Shown piece by piece: positions 8,569 through 18,340 of a stretch of DNA of 64,000 nt; position 1 is the first letter of the stretch; each line of letters opens with the position of its first letter. The notes below the pieces were generated by a model. That model worked only from the letters and a program-made list of their open reading frames with translations, had not been told where the DNA came from and ran no database searches. Origin of the DNA: a virus. The stretch lies in IMG/VR virus record IMGVR_UViG_3300036770_005084, positions 64,001 through 128,000 of that record. The stretch is one strand, 5' to 3'. Made by a program: the position numbers and the translations under genes.

Positions 8569-8940
8569 ATGAAATTTAATGAGTTGAACGATGATAATTA
8601 CTTATTGTTTGCAATAAAGTATTACGATAACCCCAATGCCATAACTAAGGAAGATTTTTTTGAAGATTTGAGTAGATTTAAATATATAAAAAAACTTCTT
8701 AGAAAATATCAAAAGACTAATGATTTAAAAGTTAGTCTTTTGATAAATCATTTTATTATTGTTTTTAATGTCTTTAGTGATGCTGCAATTCCACTATTGT
8801 TTTTTAAACTAGAAACAGAATTGTGGCCATCTTTAAAGGCATTTTTAGTATTTTTAAATAGAGTGCCAACGTATCCTAAATCTTTTCTCGACGATATTGA
8901 ATTAGATAATAATTGTCTTAATACATTACAGTCAATCTAA
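8569..8940 (+). CDS. Conserved T4-like phage hypothetical protein
   Basis: MKFNELNDDNYLLFAIKYYDNP...LINHFIIVFNVF, typical just upstream of primase. Confidence 0.75.
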   Translation: MKFNELNDDNYLLFAIKYYDNPNAITKEDFFEDLSRFKYIKKLLRKYQKTNDLKVSLLINHFIIVFNVFSDAAIPLLFFKLETELWPSLKAFLVFLNRVPTYPKSFLDDIELDNNCLNTLQSI

Positions 8941-9146
8941 TGGACAAACTAGATAGAATCATAAATATTGTAAGATTATCTATTTGTGAAGAGGTTCCAA
9001 ATATGAATCTTGGATCTAAAAAAATAGCAGGAACTCCTGAAGCAGATCCCGGAAATCCACCAGTTGACTTACGAAAAAAAAGAAGAAGGTATTGGAATCC
9101 ATTTTTTAAAGACCTTGCAAATTTATACAGAAGGAAAGAAAAATGA
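8940..9146 (+). CDS. Hypothetical protein
   Basis: 68-aa ORF translationally coupled to neighbours. Confidence 0.6.
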   Translation: MDKLDRIINIVRLSICEEVPNMNLGSKKIAGTPEADPGNPPVDLRKKRRRYWNPFFKDLANLYRRKEK

Positions 9147-9562
9147 TTCTCAATAAAAGTACCAAAATTGATGTACTTGAATCTAAATTCGAAATGTATG
9201 AAGATTTATCCAAACAGATGTTAGATAAATTAGAATCTGCAGTAGAAAAAATCGGTGAGGCAAATAATAAGATTGCGACGATACTTACAAAACATGATGA
9301 AAGACTTGAGCAGGCAGTAAAGACAGATGATTATATTTTAAAAGAAATTGAAAATCTTAGAGTAACTAATGGTAAAGATCATTCAAAAATTGAAGATAGG
9401 GTAGGTTCAATTGAAAAACGTATAGAAGATCTTTATAAGTTTAGATGGCAAGCTAGTGGAATAATTGCATTAGCATTAATCGTAGTAACTGCAATCACAG
9501 CACTAGTTCCCCATTTCTTGACAAATCAAGATAATAGCACTAGGATAGAAATGACCAAATAG
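9143..9562 (+). CDS. Coiled-coil protein with C-terminal transmembrane helix
   Basis: Heptad-rich body then GIIALALIVVTAITALV. Confidence 0.65.
   Translation: MILNKSTKIDVLESKFEMYEDLSKQMLDKLESAVEKIGEANNKIATILTKHDERLEQAVKTDDYILKEIENLRVTNGKDHSKIEDRVGSIEKRIEDLYKFRWQASGIIALALIVVTAITALVPHFLTNQDNSTRIEMTK
9518..9546 (+). promoter_or_regulatory. sigma70-type promoter for primase-nrdAB
   Basis: TTGACA-17nt-TAGGAT. Confidence 0.6.
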
Positions 9563-9574
9563 TACACCTAGTTA

Positions 9575-10573
9575 ATGTCTTATATTGATGCAAAGTACAT
9601 TTCGTTGGTTTCTTCTAGATTAGAAAAATTTAAAAGGGTAAAATCTGACCTTTATAATTTTAGGTGCCCGTATTGTGGAGATTCTAAAAAGTATAAAAAT
9701 AAGGCAAGAGGTTATATTTACGAATCAAAAAATGACCACAATTATAAATGCCATAATTGTGGAATGTCTAGATCTTTTACAAATTTCTTGAAAGATTTAG
9801 ACATTACATTACATGACCAGTATGTGATGGAAAGATATAAGAATGGAATTACTGGAAAAAATTCAAATACAGCAGAACCAAAATTTAATTTTACAAAACC
9901 ATCTTTTAAAAAGGATTCTCTAGATCTTCCAAAAATTTCAGATCTGGATAAAGATCATCCTGCAAGAATATATTTGGAAAGTAGAAAAATACCGTCAGAT
10001 TATCTTCATAAATTATATTACTGTGATAAATTTAAAGAATGGACTAACACACAAAAACCCACATTTAATTCTATTGAAAATGATGAACCTAGAATAATTA
10101 TTCCATTAATTGAAAATGGTTCAATCTTTGGATTTCAAGGAAGAAGTTTAAAGAAAAAATCTAAAGTCAAGTATATAACTGTGATTTTAGATGAAACAAA
10201 ACCAAAAATTTATGGGATTGATAGTGTAAATTATGAAAAGACAATTTATATCGTGGAAGGTCCTTTTGACTCGATGTTTATTGAGAATTCTATTGCTATG
10301 GTAGGATCTGATATAGATTTTAATTTCATTAAATCTAATAATGCAGATTTTGTTATTGTGTATGATAATGAAAAGAGGAACAAACAAATTGTTGATAAGA
10401 TGGTAAAGTGTATTGATCGAAAATTACCAATTATAATTTGGCCGGATAATATTATTGAAAAAGATATAAATGAAATGATCATGTCTGGACTTGATGTGCA
10501 ATCTATGCTAAAATCAAATACCTTCATCGGACTAGAAGCAAAAGCAAAACTTATTGGTTGGAAACGAGTATGA
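9575..10573 (+). CDS. 61: DNA primase gp61
   Basis: Zn finger CPYCGDS...CHNCG, TOPRIM VEGPFDSMF, YDNE, KDINEM. Confidence 0.95.
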   Translation: MSYIDAKYISLVSSRLEKFKRVKSDLYNFRCPYCGDSKKYKNKARGYIYESKNDHNYKCHNCGMSRSFTNFLKDLDITLHDQYVMERYKNGITGKNSNTAEPKFNFTKPSFKKDSLDLPKISDLDKDHPARIYLESRKIPSDYLHKLYYCDKFKEWTNTQKPTFNSIENDEPRIIIPLIENGSIFGFQGRSLKKKSKVKYITVILDETKPKIYGIDSVNYEKTIYIVEGPFDSMFIENSIAMVGSDIDFNFIKSNNADFVIVYDNEKRNKQIVDKMVKCIDRKLPIIIWPDNIIEKDINEMIMSGLDVQSMLKSNTFIGLEAKAKLIGWKRV

Positions 10574-12864
10574 GTAACGGAACTAAAGTTGTAAAGAGAA
10601 ATGGATCTGTAGAGTCACTTGATCTTGATAAGATGCACCTTATGGTAGAAGAGGCATGTAAAGGTCTCTCTGGGGTCTCTGCAAGTCAAGTTGAGATGAC
10701 ATCTGGGATCCAATTCTATGATGGAATCACTACTAAAGAAATTCAAGAAATTTTAATTAGAAGTGCTAGTGATTTGATTGATTTGGACCACCCAAATTAT
10801 CAATATGTTGCTGCAAGACTTCTATTATTTTCCGTTAGGAAGCAACTGTATGGTGGAATTAAAGAATTGCCAGATCTAGAATCTCATATTAATAATTGTG
10901 TTCAAGCAAAAGTTTATGATCATGAAGTATATGCCAAATATACTAAAGAAGAAATTGCAAAAATAAACTCTTTCATTGATCATGATAGAGATATGCTATT
11001 TACATATGCTGGTCTTCGTCAGGTGGTTGATAAATATTTGGTGCAAGATAGAAGTGTTGGTGGTGTATATGAGACCCCACAATTCATGTACATTATGATT
11101 GCACTCACAATATTTGCAGAATATCCAAAGGAAACCCGTCTTTATTATATAAAGAGGTACTATGATGCAATCAGTAAGCACAAAATCAACATTCCCACAC
11201 CAATTATGGCAGGTGTTAGAACCCCACTTCGTCAATTTGCAAGTTGTGTTCTTGTTGATGTTGATGACACCCTTGACAGCATCTTCACTTCTGATATGGC
11301 AATTGGTCGGTATGTTGCTCAAAGAGCAGGAATTGGTATCAACGCAGGTCGTATCAGGGGTATTAATAGCAAGATCCGAGGTGGAGAAGTTACTCATACA
11401 GGGGTTATCCCATTCCTCAAAAAGTTTGAGTCAACTGTCCGATGCTGTACACAAAACGGGATTCGTGGTGGAAGTGCTACTGTCCACTTTCCAATCTGGC
11501 ACCAGGAAATAGAAGATATTCTAGTATTAAAAAATAACAAAGGAACCGAAGATAATCGTGTTCGTAAGTTAGATTACAGTATCCAAATCTCAAAACTGTT
11601 CTATGAACGATTCATTCAAGATAGAGAAATTTCACTCTTCTCTCCACACGACGTTCCTGATTTGTATGATGCTTTTGGCACTGATCGATTTGACAGTCTA
11701 TATGAGTCTTATGAACGAGATCAATCTCTTCCAAGAAAGACTGTCGGAGCTCAAGAACTCATTTTGGATCTTCTAAAAGAACGTGCAGAGACTGGTCGTA
11801 TTTACATAATGAATATTGATCATTGTAACTCTCACTCTTCCTTTAAGGATAAGGTAAACATGAGTAATCTTTGTCAAGAGATCACTCTACCAACAGATCC
11901 ACTTAATCATATTGATGATACTATGGGTGAGATTGCTCTATGCATTCTCTCAGCAATTAATGTTGGTAAAGTAAAATCAGATGAGGAACTTGAAGAACTG
12001 TGTAATTTATCAGTTAGGGCACTTGATGAACTAATTGATTATCAAGATTACCCAGTAAAAGCAGCAGAAATTGCTACTAAAGCACGTCGTTCCCTTGGAA
12101 TAGGTTTTATTGGTCTTGCCCACTATCTTGCTAAACTTGGATTTAAGTATGATTCTCAAGAGGCATGGGATGCAGTACATGGTCTTTCAGAGTCTTTCCA
12201 ATATTATCTTCTAAAAGCATCTAATGAACTTGCTAAAGAAAAGGGGCATTGTGAATACTTTGGTCGTACTAAGTATGCTGATGGAATTTTGCCAATTGAT
12301 ACATATAAGAAGGACGTAGATGAAATTAGTTGTATCGATCTAGAACATGATTGGGAGTCTCTCAGAAAATCTATTCAGACACATGGACTACGACATAGTA
12401 CATTGTCCGCACAAATGCCTTCGGAGAGCAGTTCCGTTGTGTCAAATGCAACAAATGGAATCGAACCACCTAGAGGTTATTTGTCCGTTAAAAAATCGAA
12501 GAAAGGACCACTTAAGCAAATTGTTCCACAGTATCAACAACTCAAAAATAATTACACGTTACTTTGGGATATGCCTAGTAACACTGGTTATATTAATACT
12601 ATTGCGGTAATGCAAAAGTTTTTTGATCAGGCAATTTCTGGTAATTGGTCCTATAATCCTGAAAATTATCCAGATAATGAAGTTCCAGTATCAGTCATGG
12701 CACAAGACTTCTTGACAACATATAAGTATGGATGGAAAACTTCCTACTATCAAAATACCTATGATCATAAAACTGATGAGGTAAAAGAAGACATTCCAAA
12801 TATCGACTCACTAATTCAAGAATTACTAGAAGGAGAAGAAGATTGTGAATCCTGTAAAATTTAG
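10570..12864 (+). CDS. nrdA: Ribonucleotide reductase class Ia alpha subunit
   Basis: ATP cone VVKRNG, PTPIMAG, FASCVL, SNLCQEI, SNATNGIEP, C-terminal CESCKI; ATG at 10570 preferred to TTG at 10558; no intein. Confidence 0.97.
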   Translation: MSNGTKVVKRNGSVESLDLDKMHLMVEEACKGLSGVSASQVEMTSGIQFYDGITTKEIQEILIRSASDLIDLDHPNYQYVAARLLLFSVRKQLYGGIKELPDLESHINNCVQAKVYDHEVYAKYTKEEIAKINSFIDHDRDMLFTYAGLRQVVDKYLVQDRSVGGVYETPQFMYIMIALTIFAEYPKETRLYYIKRYYDAISKHKINIPTPIMAGVRTPLRQFASCVLVDVDDTLDSIFTSDMAIGRYVAQRAGIGINAGRIRGINSKIRGGEVTHTGVIPFLKKFESTVRCCTQNGIRGGSATVHFPIWHQEIEDILVLKNNKGTEDNRVRKLDYSIQISKLFYERFIQDREISLFSPHDVPDLYDAFGTDRFDSLYESYERDQSLPRKTVGAQELILDLLKERAETGRIYIMNIDHCNSHSSFKDKVNMSNLCQEITLPTDPLNHIDDTMGEIALCILSAINVGKVKSDEELEELCNLSVRALDELIDYQDYPVKAAEIATKARRSLGIGFIGLAHYLAKLGFKYDSQEAWDAVHGLSESFQYYLLKASNELAKEKGHCEYFGRTKYADGILPIDTYKKDVDEISCIDLEHDWESLRKSIQTHGLRHSTLSAQMPSESSSVVSNATNGIEPPRGYLSVKKSKKGPLKQIVPQYQQLKNNYTLLWDMPSNTGYINTIAVMQKFFDQAISGNWSYNPENYPDNEVPVSVMAQDFLTTYKYGWKTSYYQNTYDHKTDEVKEDIPNIDSLIQELLEGEEDCESCKI

Positions 12865-14023
12865 AACAACTTCCGAAAATAAAGTAAAAGGTATGACCGT
12901 ATTTAATACTCAAGAGGTTGATTTCAAAAAGCAACCAATGTTTTTTGGATCTCCTCTTGGGGTTCAAAGATATGATAGTTATAAATATCCTATTTTTGAT
13001 AAACTTACCCAACAACAACTTGGATATTTTTGGAGACCAGAAGAAGTTTCCTTACAGAAAGATAGATCTGATTACGCACAACTCAGACCAGAACAAAAAC
13101 ACATTTTCACTTCAAATTTAAAATATCAAATTCTTTTAGATTCTGTTCAAGGTCGTGGTCCCGGTATGGCGTTTTTACCATACTGCTCTCTCCCAGAACT
13201 TGAAGCATGTATGACAGTATGGGAATTTATGGAAATGATTCATTCTCGTTCCTATACATATATTATTAAAAATATATATTCAGATCCTTCTGAGGTGTTT
13301 GATACAATTTTAACTAATGAAAAAATTCTAGAAAGAGCATCTTCTGTAACTGGTGCATATGATGATTTTATTGATTCTGCACAATCTTATGGGAATTCAA
13401 ATCTGTGGTTACATGCATTAGAAAATGCAGGTAACTCTAAAGATGAAAGGATAGAAGTAAAACGTAAATTATATCGTGCAATTGCTAATGTAAACATTCT
13501 AGAGGGGATTAGATTTTATGTATCGTTTGCTTGCTCGTTTGCGTTTGGTGAACTCAAACTTATGGAAGGATCCGCTAAAATTATCTCTCTCATCGCAAGA
13601 GACGAAAATCAGCACCTTGCAATTACTCAAAATATCCTCAACAAATGGAGTCAAGGAGATGATCCAGAAATGCAGCAAATTGCTAAAGAGGAAGAAGAGT
13701 GGGTAATTAATGCTTTTAAAACTTGTGTGAATGAAGAGAAAAGGTGGGCAGAATATTTGTTTAAAGATGGATCTATGATTGGTCTGAATGATAAATTATT
13801 ACACAATTATGTTGAATGGATTGCCAATCGCAGGATGAAATCAATTGGAATTAAACCAATTTATGAAATTCCAGCAAAAAATAATCCACTACCTTGGACT
13901 GAGCATTGGATTTCTTCTAAAGGGTTGCAAGTTGCTCCTCAGGAAACAGAAGTTGAAAGTTATGTTGTCGGTGGTATTAAGCAAGACGTGACTAAAAATT
14001 CATTTTCGGGATTTAAACTATAA
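12845..14023 (+). CDS. nrdB: Ribonucleotide reductase class Ia beta subunit
   Basis: FWRPEEV, EMIHSRSY, LEGIRFY, RDENQH, APQETEVESY. Confidence 0.97.
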   Translation: MNPVKFRTTSENKVKGMTVFNTQEVDFKKQPMFFGSPLGVQRYDSYKYPIFDKLTQQQLGYFWRPEEVSLQKDRSDYAQLRPEQKHIFTSNLKYQILLDSVQGRGPGMAFLPYCSLPELEACMTVWEFMEMIHSRSYTYIIKNIYSDPSEVFDTILTNEKILERASSVTGAYDDFIDSAQSYGNSNLWLHALENAGNSKDERIEVKRKLYRAIANVNILEGIRFYVSFACSFAFGELKLMEGSAKIISLIARDENQHLAITQNILNKWSQGDDPEMQQIAKEEEEWVINAFKTCVNEEKRWAEYLFKDGSMIGLNDKLLHNYVEWIANRRMKSIGIKPIYEIPAKNNPLPWTEHWISSKGLQVAPQETEVESYVVGGIKQDVTKNSFSGFKL

Positions 14024-14028
14024 TAACT

Positions 14029-14060
14029 GGAGGTCACAAGACCTCCTTTTTTTATAAATA
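14029..14060 (+). terminator. Terminator followed by TATAAATA late promoter
   Basis: GGAGGTC-acaa-GACCTCC-T run then ATAAATA. Confidence 0.8.
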
Positions 14061-14080
14061 ATTGAAAATCTAAAAGTGTT

Positions 14081-15184
14081 ATGTTTGAAAGTAAGACACC
14101 AAGTTTTCAAATTAAAAAGTCTTCAGGTGCGGGAGCACTTACTCCAAATGCTGCCAAGCAATTGGGATCAAAAGCAGTTGAAATGCAAAAGAAGAAAGCA
14201 GCAGGAGTTAGTTTACCAAAACTAAAGAATGAAGAAATTGAAGCTCAGGATAGAATGAGAGCACTTTTACGTGAGGCAAAGAAAGAAAAGACTTTAAAAA
14301 ATACAAATCCTTGTTGGAAAGGGTACGAACCAATAGGAACTAAAAAGAAAAATGGTAAAACCGTTCCAAATTGTGTTCCCAAAGAAGAGTTTGAATTGAT
14401 CGAAAAGGCACCTCCAGAGGATAAGTATGAGAGAATGGTGAAGCATATTAAAAAAGGATATTCTAAAGATGGTCTATCTCAGAAAGAAAGATCCATTGCT
14501 TATGCAACTGCTTGGAAAAAATATAAGGATAAGCAGCAAAATGAAGAATATCTTGACGAAAAGGCAAGAGGAACCAGACCAAAAAGAACAGTTCATGCAT
14601 ATGATGTAGATGAAACCTTGTTTTCACATGGAAAAAAAGGAAAACCAAACGTTAAAGTGCATGTAAAAGATTCTTCTGGAAAGAGAGTTAAGAGTCTAAG
14701 TAACCAAGAATTCAATACCCATAAGTTGGAGAAGGGGCATTCATATGATTTTGGTGAGTTTCAAAGTGCTAAAAAGTTCAAGGAAACTTCAAGTCCAAAT
14801 AAAAAAGTAATTAAAGATATTAAGAGAAAGCAGGCAAGGGGACAAAATGTTCACCTTATCACTGCTCGTTCCAAATTTGATAAACCAGGTGAGTTCCAGG
14901 GGCATCTTAAGAAGCATGGTGTTAATGTTGACAAAAAGAACATCCATTACACTGGTGGAATGAAGGGTGGTGATGTTGGTGAGAAAAAAGTAAAAGTTGC
15001 CAATGCAGTTGCTAAGAAGAGTGGTACTAAGAAAATGCATATGTATGATGATGCTGCTAAAGTTCATAAGGCATTTGAAAAAGAAAAGCAAAATGCACCA
15101 ACATCAAAGAAAATTAAAACTCATATGGTAGCACCAGACAAGAAAGGTGAATCTAGAGTTCGTTCATATCAAGCAACCAAATGA
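14081..15184 (+). CDS. Lys-rich modular protein with C-terminal HAD-superfamily domain
   Basis: CWKGY...VPNCVP module; HAD motif I YDVDETLF, motif II LITARS, motif IV MYDD. Confidence 0.65.
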   Translation: MFESKTPSFQIKKSSGAGALTPNAAKQLGSKAVEMQKKKAAGVSLPKLKNEEIEAQDRMRALLREAKKEKTLKNTNPCWKGYEPIGTKKKNGKTVPNCVPKEEFELIEKAPPEDKYERMVKHIKKGYSKDGLSQKERSIAYATAWKKYKDKQQNEEYLDEKARGTRPKRTVHAYDVDETLFSHGKKGKPNVKVHVKDSSGKRVKSLSNQEFNTHKLEKGHSYDFGEFQSAKKFKETSSPNKKVIKDIKRKQARGQNVHLITARSKFDKPGEFQGHLKKHGVNVDKKNIHYTGGMKGGDVGEKKVKVANAVAKKSGTKKMHMYDDAAKVHKAFEKEKQNAPTSKKIKTHMVAPDKKGESRVRSYQATK

Positions 15185-15630
15185 AATTTGATTTCAATTT
15201 TGGTAAAAAGAAAACATCTATTAAGGACTATGCCATTATTGGTATGGTCCTTTTTTTACTAGTTGGATTTTTATCTAGTAAGTTTGGAATTAGTGAGAGG
15301 GATGCTTGGAAACTAATTGATATAATTCAAAAAGAGTTAGTTAAGAGAGGATTGATTGATAGTAAGATTAATGATTTTATTATCAATACACCAGAATTGT
15401 TGGATCAAAGAGTTGAACGTGATGTTGATTATGCTATTGGGGAGTACAAGAGATTGGAACCCAAGGACCCTCCTAGGATGACCAATAAGACCATTCTAAA
15501 GAACTTGGAGTCCTCAAGGTTTACTGATACTCAGAGACTGATCGTAAAGGATGCGATTTACTATGAGTGCCCTGATGGAATTATGGGCATTAGAGCAGTA
15601 TGGGTTGACAAAGATCCTAAATGTAATTAA
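15181..15630 (+). CDS. Hypothetical membrane-anchored protein
   Basis: N-terminal hydrophobic helix AIIGMVLFLLVGFL. Confidence 0.6.
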   Translation: MKFDFNFGKKKTSIKDYAIIGMVLFLLVGFLSSKFGISERDAWKLIDIIQKELVKRGLIDSKINDFIINTPELLDQRVERDVDYAIGEYKRLEPKDPPRMTNKTILKNLESSRFTDTQRLIVKDAIYYECPDGIMGIRAVWVDKDPKCN

Positions 15631-15685
15631 AATCACTCTGTTAGGTTTGAAGATAAATAATACCTTGAATAACTTAAGGATTTAA

Positions 15686-16117
15686 ATGACTTATGAAAAC
15701 CCTTGGATATATCAAGGAGATATTTTTGATTCACCTGACATATTGGATTACTTTGGTTTTGTGTATAGGATTGAAAGTATTGAAACTTCCAGAATTTATT
15801 TGGGAAGAAAGTATTTTTGGTCTTTTAGAAAGCAAAAGGGTAAGTCTAGAAAAGTTAAACAAGAGAGTGATTGGAAAAAATATTATGGATCCTGTCCAGA
15901 GTTAAAAGAAGATATTAAAAAATACGGTAAGGATAAGTTTAAAAGAACAATATTGTCTCTTCATAAGACACTTGGAAAAACTAACTATGAAGAGACAAAA
16001 CAATTATTCTTAAACAATGTTTTAATGGAATCCCTTGACAACGGAGATCCTAGGTACTACAATAGTAACATCCTTGGACGTTACTACAGGAAAGATTATT
16101 TTTATGAGAATTTATGA
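15686..16117 (+). CDS. GIY-YIG family nuclease
   Basis: GFVYRI...IYLGRK, YYGS, E..Q, YYNSNI; promoter TTGACA-17-TAAAAT at 15605-15633. Confidence 0.75.
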   Translation: MTYENPWIYQGDIFDSPDILDYFGFVYRIESIETSRIYLGRKYFWSFRKQKGKSRKVKQESDWKKYYGSCPELKEDIKKYGKDKFKRTILSLHKTLGKTNYEETKQLFLNNVLMESLDNGDPRYYNSNILGRYYRKDYFYENL

Positions 16118-16283
16118 TTTTTGCAAACAGACTGTAGATAACCACATTGACAGAATGCACTATTTGTGCGAGATTGGAGAAACTGATGCAGCATCTGCAT
16201 TACACGAGGAAATTCGTGAATGGATTATTCAAAAAAATAATATTGAAGTAATTTCACTAGAATATCTTAGAAATTGCACTTGA
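16104..16283 (+). CDS. Hypothetical protein
   Basis: Likely ATG at 16104 (MRIYDFCKQ...), overlapping end of previous gene. Confidence 0.5.
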   Translation: MRIYDFCKQTVDNHIDRMHYLCEIGETDAASALHEEIREWIIQKNNIEVISLEYLRNCT

Positions 16284-16343
16284 TATTAAATTACTAAATA
16301 ACCCATTGTAATTAATTTTATTATTAGAATTTGAAGTGAAATT

Positions 16344-16404
16344 AGAGCCTAGGTTAATCTCCTATGAAAATAGGATAAAGATTTTCTATTAGGATGTAGA
16401 GTTC
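16344..16404 (+). ncRNA. Candidate structured leader RNA upstream of rlpA
   Basis: TCCTAT-GAAA-ATAGGA GNRA hairpin extended by AATCT/AGATT, in a long leader behind CTAAATA (16294-16300). Confidence 0.35.
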
Positions 16405-16415
16405 AATTTAATTTA

Positions 16416-16778
16416 ATGCTTTTTAAAACAATTTCAATCATTGCCTTTGGTCTAGTCGGACTGGCACCCGTAACAGCAAAGGCAGCAATCGGATGTTCCC
16501 TTGCATCACATTATGGAGTAGGTGATGGATATCACGGTCAAATTGCGGCAAATGGTGAAAGATTTGATGCATACGGTCTGACAACTGCTCACAAGTACTT
16601 ACCATTTGGTACTAAATTAAGAGTTACAAATCAATCAAATGGTCGTTCTGTAATTGTAAGAGTAAATGACAGAGGACCATTTATTGCTGGTAGATCACTT
16701 GACCTGTCCTATGGGGCATTTAGTAAAATCGCATCTCCTGGACAGGGAGTTGCCAATGTATGTTATAGTAGGGTATAA
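16416..16778 (+). CDS. RlpA-family (DPBB) lytic transglycosylase with signal peptide
   Basis: ASHYG...ANGERFD...TTAHKYLPFGTKLRVTN...VRVNDRGPF...LDLS. Confidence 0.9.
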   Translation: MLFKTISIIAFGLVGLAPVTAKAAIGCSLASHYGVGDGYHGQIAANGERFDAYGLTTAHKYLPFGTKLRVTNQSNGRSVIVRVNDRGPFIAGRSLDLSYGAFSKIASPGQGVANVCYSRV

Positions 16779-16787
16779 TATGCATAC

Positions 16788-16816
16788 TTGACAACTAAAT
16801 AAAAGGGGGTTATACT
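16788..16816 (+). promoter_or_regulatory. sigma70-type promoter for tRNA-Gly
   Basis: TTGACA-17nt-TATACT; spacer also contains CTAAATA. Confidence 0.7.
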
Positions 16817-16828
16817 ACTCCCATCACT

Positions 16829-16899
16829 GCGGATATGGTGTAGTGGTAACATCTGAGCCTTCCAAGCTCCAGTCACGGGTTCGAGTCCCGTTATCCGCT
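16829..16899 (+). tRNA. tRNA-Gly (anticodon TCC)
   Basis: GCGGATA/TATCCGC acceptor stem, GAGC-ctTCCaa-GCTC anticodon arm, GGTTCGAGTCC T arm; CCA not encoded. Confidence 0.93.
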
Positions 16900-16950
16900 T
16901 TCCCCTTTCTGGGGACTAAATAACCAAGTAGTTATAAAACTTTACAAACT

Positions 16951-17790
16951 ATGATGATTCGTTCTATTATTGCTGCCACTGCGGTTGCTGCTACTGCTGC
17001 TCCTGCTATGGCTGCTCCCCTGAGTGATGTTCAACCTACTGATTGGGCATATCAGGCAATCGTCAACCTAAACAATAAGTATGGTTGCCTTGTTGGTTTT
17101 CCTGATGGTACTTTCCGTGGGGGTGAACCTGCTACTCGTAATCAAATGGCAGCACTTGTAAATCACTGTCTAGATAATATTAGTGCTTTCCAAAGTGCCG
17201 AAGATGCTAAACTTGCTGCTGCTCTTCGTGCTACCAACGGTCGGGTAACTGCTCTTGAGGTTGCTGCTGCTCAAAAGGCAGAAGGTGTTGGTAACTATCT
17301 TGGTGTTGGTGTTCTACTAAATCAACAAGGTACTGCTGGTAACGGATATGATGCCGAACGTACTGTATCTGGTGGTACTGTCCAAGCACGTTATGCTGTA
17401 AAGACATTCAAGAATCAGAATGCTGTTTCTGTTCGTCCTTATGCTAACTTTGTTGGTACTCCTGCTGGTGAAATCGGTGCTGGTGGTGGTGCTCTTCTTT
17501 CTTATGATTGGAGCATTTCTCGTGCACCTTCTGGTGTAAGTCGTGCTAACATTTACGGTGGTGTTGGTTATCAGATTCCTTTCGTAAATAACACTGCTGC
17601 TAACTTCCAATCTGCCGTTGGTGAGAAGGGTCAAGTTGTACTTGCTCTTGGTCTTGAAGGTCGTCTAACTAATTCTTTAGTTGGGTTTGCAGATCTTAAA
17701 TTCCCAACTACTACTGCTGCAAATAGTTATGGTGTAACTAATGGTACTTATTCACCAGTATTTACAACTGGTCTAGGATTTAAGTTCTGA
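16951..17790 (+). CDS. SLH-domain outer-membrane beta-barrel protein (cyanobacterial porin-like N-terminus)
   Basis: Signal peptide, SDVQPTDWAYQA...YGCLVGFPDGTFRG...TRNQMAA (SLH), amphipathic beta strands, terminal TGLGFKF. Confidence 0.82.
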   Translation: MMIRSIIAATAVAATAAPAMAAPLSDVQPTDWAYQAIVNLNNKYGCLVGFPDGTFRGGEPATRNQMAALVNHCLDNISAFQSAEDAKLAAALRATNGRVTALEVAAAQKAEGVGNYLGVGVLLNQQGTAGNGYDAERTVSGGTVQARYAVKTFKNQNAVSVRPYANFVGTPAGEIGAGGGALLSYDWSISRAPSGVSRANIYGGVGYQIPFVNNTAANFQSAVGEKGQVVLALGLEGRLTNSLVGFADLKFPTTTAANSYGVTNGTYSPVFTTGLGFKF

Positions 17791-17825
17791 TAAGTACTCA
17801 AATCTGGGGTGGTTTCACCCCTTCT

Positions 17826-17896
17826 TGTGGGTGAGTGTAAAGGTAGCACAGAAGTCTCATAAGCTTCAGGAGGGGGTTCAATTCCCCCACCCGCCA
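17826..17896 (+). tRNA. tRNA with CAT anticodon (Met or Ile2), non-canonical features
   Basis: GAAGT-ctCATaa-GCTTC anticodon arm, GGGGG-TTCAATT-CCCCC T arm, GTGT/GCAC D stem; 1:72 mismatch and G at position 8. Confidence 0.75.
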
Positions 17897-17915
17897 TTAA
17901 TAAATATAAAAAAAT

Positions 17916-18077
17916 ATGAAAAAGAAAAAATTTCAAGAACTAATTCAAAAACCACTCAGGTTCCATCATCAGGATATTCATGAAGAACTTGATCAAATAA
18001 AGGAGATGATATGTGATGTTAAAAATCAGATGCAAGAATTGCAACGTAATATTGGAATCACATCCAACAAGGACTAA
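17916..18077 (+). CDS. Small hypothetical protein (53 aa, MKKKKFQELIQKPLRFHHQDIHEEL...)
   Basis: Translated by hand; AATAAATA upstream. Confidence 0.5.
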   Translation: MKKKKFQELIQKPLRFHHQDIHEELDQIKEMICDVKNQMQELQRNIGITSNKD

Positions 18078-18267
18078 ATGTTGTGGGTGTGATAATTTAA
18101 CTGCTGTTAAAGGAGAAACTATAACAGCATTAGATTTAAGTTTAGTTGAGTTAATAACTAATACTAAAATTAAACAGAATACTAATACTTTATCGAAAGA
18201 AGATCTTTATTATCAAGAAGAAAGAAGATCTAGAAAAGTTAGAAAACTTGAATTTGAAATAAGATAA
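18013..18267 (+). CDS. Small Zn-ribbon protein
   Basis: CKNC...CGCDN. Confidence 0.7.
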   Translation: MMLKIRCKNCNVILESHPTRTKCCGCDNLTAVKGETITALDLSLVELITNTKIKQNTNTLSKEDLYYQEERRSRKVRKLEFEIR

Positions 18268-18340
18268 GTGTTGAAACTCTGATAATATAAATATACTGGT
18301 TTCGAAATATTGTAAATAGTAATCATTTGCAATATGATCC

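Noticed and set aside
10570-14023. Inteins or introns in nrdA/nrdB (common insertion targets)
   Set aside because: Both genes are continuous, of normal length, with intact catalytic motifs.
17748-17936. 62-aa minus-strand ORF
   Set aside because: It is the antisense reading of the CAT tRNA (AGGGIEPP is the typical reverse T-arm translation).
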